Part shown: one piece after another, positions 8,629 through 10,020 of the stretch | How the letters are laid out: the number at the start of each line of letters is the position of its first letter | Numbering within the stretch: position 1 is the stretch's first letter | From: Octopus sinensis | Lineage: Eukaryota | DNA length: 10,020 bases | Assembly: GCF_006345805.1 (NCBI RefSeq) | Contig: NW_021827646.1 | Span: 1 to 10,020 of the forward strand | Direction of reading: 5' to 3' | Program-made: the position numbers and the translations under genes | The notes under the pieces: model-generated | What the model was told of the DNA's origin: nothing | Seen by the model: only the letters and a program-made list of their open reading frames with translations | Database searches by the model: none

Positions 8629-8630
8629 AT
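7869..8630 (-). CDS. Candidate hexapeptide-repeat protein, (D/H)QFV(A/T)A, 253 aa, family not recognised
   Basis: Uninterrupted ORF from ATG (8630-8628) to TAG (7871-7869). The F-V core is held through synonymous codons (TTC/TTT, GTT/GTC) and Ala through GCG/GCA/GCT/GCC. Openness could also be a by-product of repeat composition, and the unit phase shifts at about 8590. Confidence 0.35.
   Translation of the reverse strand: MQNTSSSRRTISLHVLVAAQFVAADKFVKADQFVTVDQDFAADQFVTADQIVAAHRFVVTQRFAALDQFLAIDLFVAADQDFAADQFVTADQIVATHRFVATQRFAALDQFLAIDLFVTVDQDFAADHFVTADQIVAAHRFVATQRFAALDQFLAIDLFVAADQDFAADQFVTADQVVAAHRFVATQRFAALDQFLAIDLFVAADQFVAADNFVSAVQFVTADQFVTAHQFVSAYQFVAVEHFVAKYQFLVAH
7989..8612 (+). CDS. 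Alternative reading of the same array: (R/C/S/H)RNELV-type hexapeptide repeat, 207 codons open
   Basis: Same codon boundaries as the minus ORF. Synonymous variation CGC/CGT/CGA, GTC/GTG/GTA, CTG/TTG/CTT. Bounded upstream by TGA 7986-7988 with no ATG in the open stretch. Further stops at 7677 and 7720 lie in unit-phase readings upstream of frameshifts. Confidence 0.22.
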   Translation, partial: NEIVRGNELVSRNEQVYGKELVQCSEPLRRNKPVRRNDLVCRNELVRRKVLVSRNEQVYGKELVQCSEPLRRNKPVRRNDLVCRNEVVRRKVLVHRNEQVYGKELVQCSEPLRRNKPVRRNDLVCRNELVRRKVLVSRNEQVYGKELVQCSEPLRHNKPVRRNDLVCRNELVRRKVLVHRNELVRLNELVCRNELRRNQYVQRNCPA

Positions 8631-8744
8631 GAGGTATCTATGTGGGCTACCGGTTTTTATTAAATATCATAACCGAGTTGAATCCACTTACGTCAAGAGG
8701 TGGGGGATGGGGGTCAGTTAGGGTTTCCTTCCTCACAAGGATAA

Positions 8745-8860
8745 TGGAATAAGTACTTGACAAGGTTAAGGTGCTGAGTTAAGATATCGCTGAAGGCCGT
8801 GCATCAGCATGGTCATCATCGTTCAACGAGTGAAAAAGAGTAAATAAATAAATCAATAAA
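8745..8860 (+). mobile_element. Possible decayed SINE 3' portion
   Basis: GAATAAGTAC...AAGGCCGTGCATCAGCATGGTCA...GAAAAAGAGTAAATAAATAAA resembles the 3' end and simple-repeat tail of an abundant octopus SINE as I recall it. Not verifiable here. Confidence 0.3.
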
Positions 8861-8904
8861 GTAATAATCAAGCATAAGATCAGTTCGATCGCAGTATATA
8901 AATA

Positions 8905-9028
8905 TAATGATGATGATGAAAAAGAGAAGAAAAAGGGGAAGGAGGAGAAAGAGAGGGAAGAGGAGAAGGGAGAGTAGAAGGAGAGTAGGAGAAGGAGAGG
9001 GACGACGACGTCGATGAAAATGTCGCTG

Positions 9029-9083
<55 letters not shown>

Positions 9084-9139
9084 TAATAATAACAACAACA
9101 ACAATGATAAGAATAATAGCAACAACAACAATAATAATA
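8905..9139. repeat. Compound low-complexity tract: (GAT)n, GA-rich, (GAC)n, (AAT)n/(AAC)n
   Basis: Directly visible; pure AAT at about 9028-9080. Confidence 0.93.
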
Positions 9140-9496
9140 GGTTCTTTATCATTGCCACCAGGACTCTTTCATATATATACAATATGGAAGTGTTACAAAG
9201 GTGTTTAAGAACGTGTGGCGGTGTACGAATGCGGTTATAAAGAGAAAAAGAAGGCAGAGCTAAGGACGTTATACAATACATTAGGACAAAACAAAATTGA
9301 TGTAAATCCACAGAATAAACAGACAAATGAATAAGCATAAATACAGTAAATAATAGCAACCCACCCACATTACTAATCAGTGGAAAACTACCTGCTCTTC
9401 TCGGCGAAAGGAAGAAGGCGGGGCGATCCGGTCAGGTGAAAACTGGAAAACTGGCTTAAAGCGTGATGTCCAGGTGGTACCATGTAAAGGAGATAA

Positions 9497-9715
9497 GGCG
9501 GCGAGCTGGCAGAACGCCGGGCTAGCGGCTTTTCGTGCTTAGCGGCATTTCGTCCGTCTTCACGTTCTGAGTTCAAAATCCGCCGAGGTTGACTTTGTCT
9601 TTCATCCTTTTCGGGGTCGGCCAAATAAGTACCAGTCAAGCACTGAGGTCGCTGTAATCGGCTTGTCCCTTCTCTCAAAACTGCTGGCCTTAAGTTAAAA
9701 TCAAAAAGAATTATT
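9497..9715 (+). mobile_element. tRNA-derived SINE
   Basis: A-box-like GGCGAGCTGGCAGAA (9500-9514) and B-box GAGTTCAAAATCC (9569-9581). A central domain GACTTTGTCTTTCATCCTTTTCGGGGTCGGCCAAATAAGTACCAG resembles the conserved body of widespread metazoan SINEs (MetaSINE-like, from memory). A-rich end AAAGAATTATT. Confidence 0.8.
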
Positions 9716-10020
9716 ATATCTTTTTTGCTGGCTGTAGCGGAAGTTGTGCGGTGGATGCAACTGAAAAGGTTGAAGACAAGCACTTTTCACTTCGGCCAAG
9801 CCCTCGTCAACTTTTCCGGTTCCATTTGGAAACGAAAGTGAGAAAGTGAGGGTGGAGAGTGAGGTGTTTCCGCCCAGTCAATTTGTTGAAATACGTGAAA
9901 ATGTGGTGAGAATGGCCAGAGTAAATGGACTTACTCTGAGGCTGAAATTTACGAAGGAGAGGGGAATACTTACAATGGTACACCTGTGAGTAGGGTGACT
10001 CGGGATCTGTAGGTTTCTTA
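9713..10020 (+). mobile_element. 3' fragment of a second, diverged Tx1-like LINE (ORF2 C-terminus plus start of 3' UTR), runs off the window
   Basis: Re-threaded translation FLLAVAEVVRWMQLKRLKTSTFHFGQALVNF-RFHLETKVRVESEVFPPSQFVEIRENVVRMARVNG aligns by eye with copy 1, IWWTRLKGLETNTFLSGQSLINFF-YHLKKKVRVERQVLSSECFKKRWVNVARMARMND. It has a frameshift at about 9815 and an 8-bp tandem duplication (AAAGTGAG x2, 9835-9850). Confidence 0.8.

Noticed and set aside
8880-9783. ORFs 8880-9368, 9014-9208 and 9388-9783
   Set aside because: The first two are polyLeu/polyIle from (AAT)n; the third is an antisense reading through the SINE and LINE fragment.

Overview
Microsatellite-saturated eukaryotic (animal) DNA. 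The repeat families resemble those I recall from Octopus/cephalopod genomes; this is an inference, not a database match. No ordinary host gene is recognisable. Main contents: (1) A 5'-truncated L1/Tx1-type non-LTR retrotransposon on the minus strand (2323-4938). It has the RT domain, CCHC knuckle, a structured 3' UTR and AATAAA, and is embedded between two (GATA)n tracts. Its ORF2 has about 24 small frameshifts but no in-frame stop when re-threaded. (2) A near-perfect 343-bp palindrome (5602-5944) with TA-rich ends. Each arm carries a minimal type I hammerhead ribozyme of the Penelope-like kind, one per strand. A decayed hammerhead of a different family lies at 6168-6206. (3) An 18-bp minisatellite (about 7638-8628) with four 126-bp higher-order repeats, open as hexapeptide repeats on both strands (DQFVAA on minus, RRNELV on plus). 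(4) A tRNA-derived SINE (9497-9715) abutting or interrupting the 3' end of a second, diverged Tx1-like LINE on the plus strand, plus older SINE relics. Nearly all other ORFs in the supplied track are microsatellite translations or off-frame/antisense readings of the LINE.
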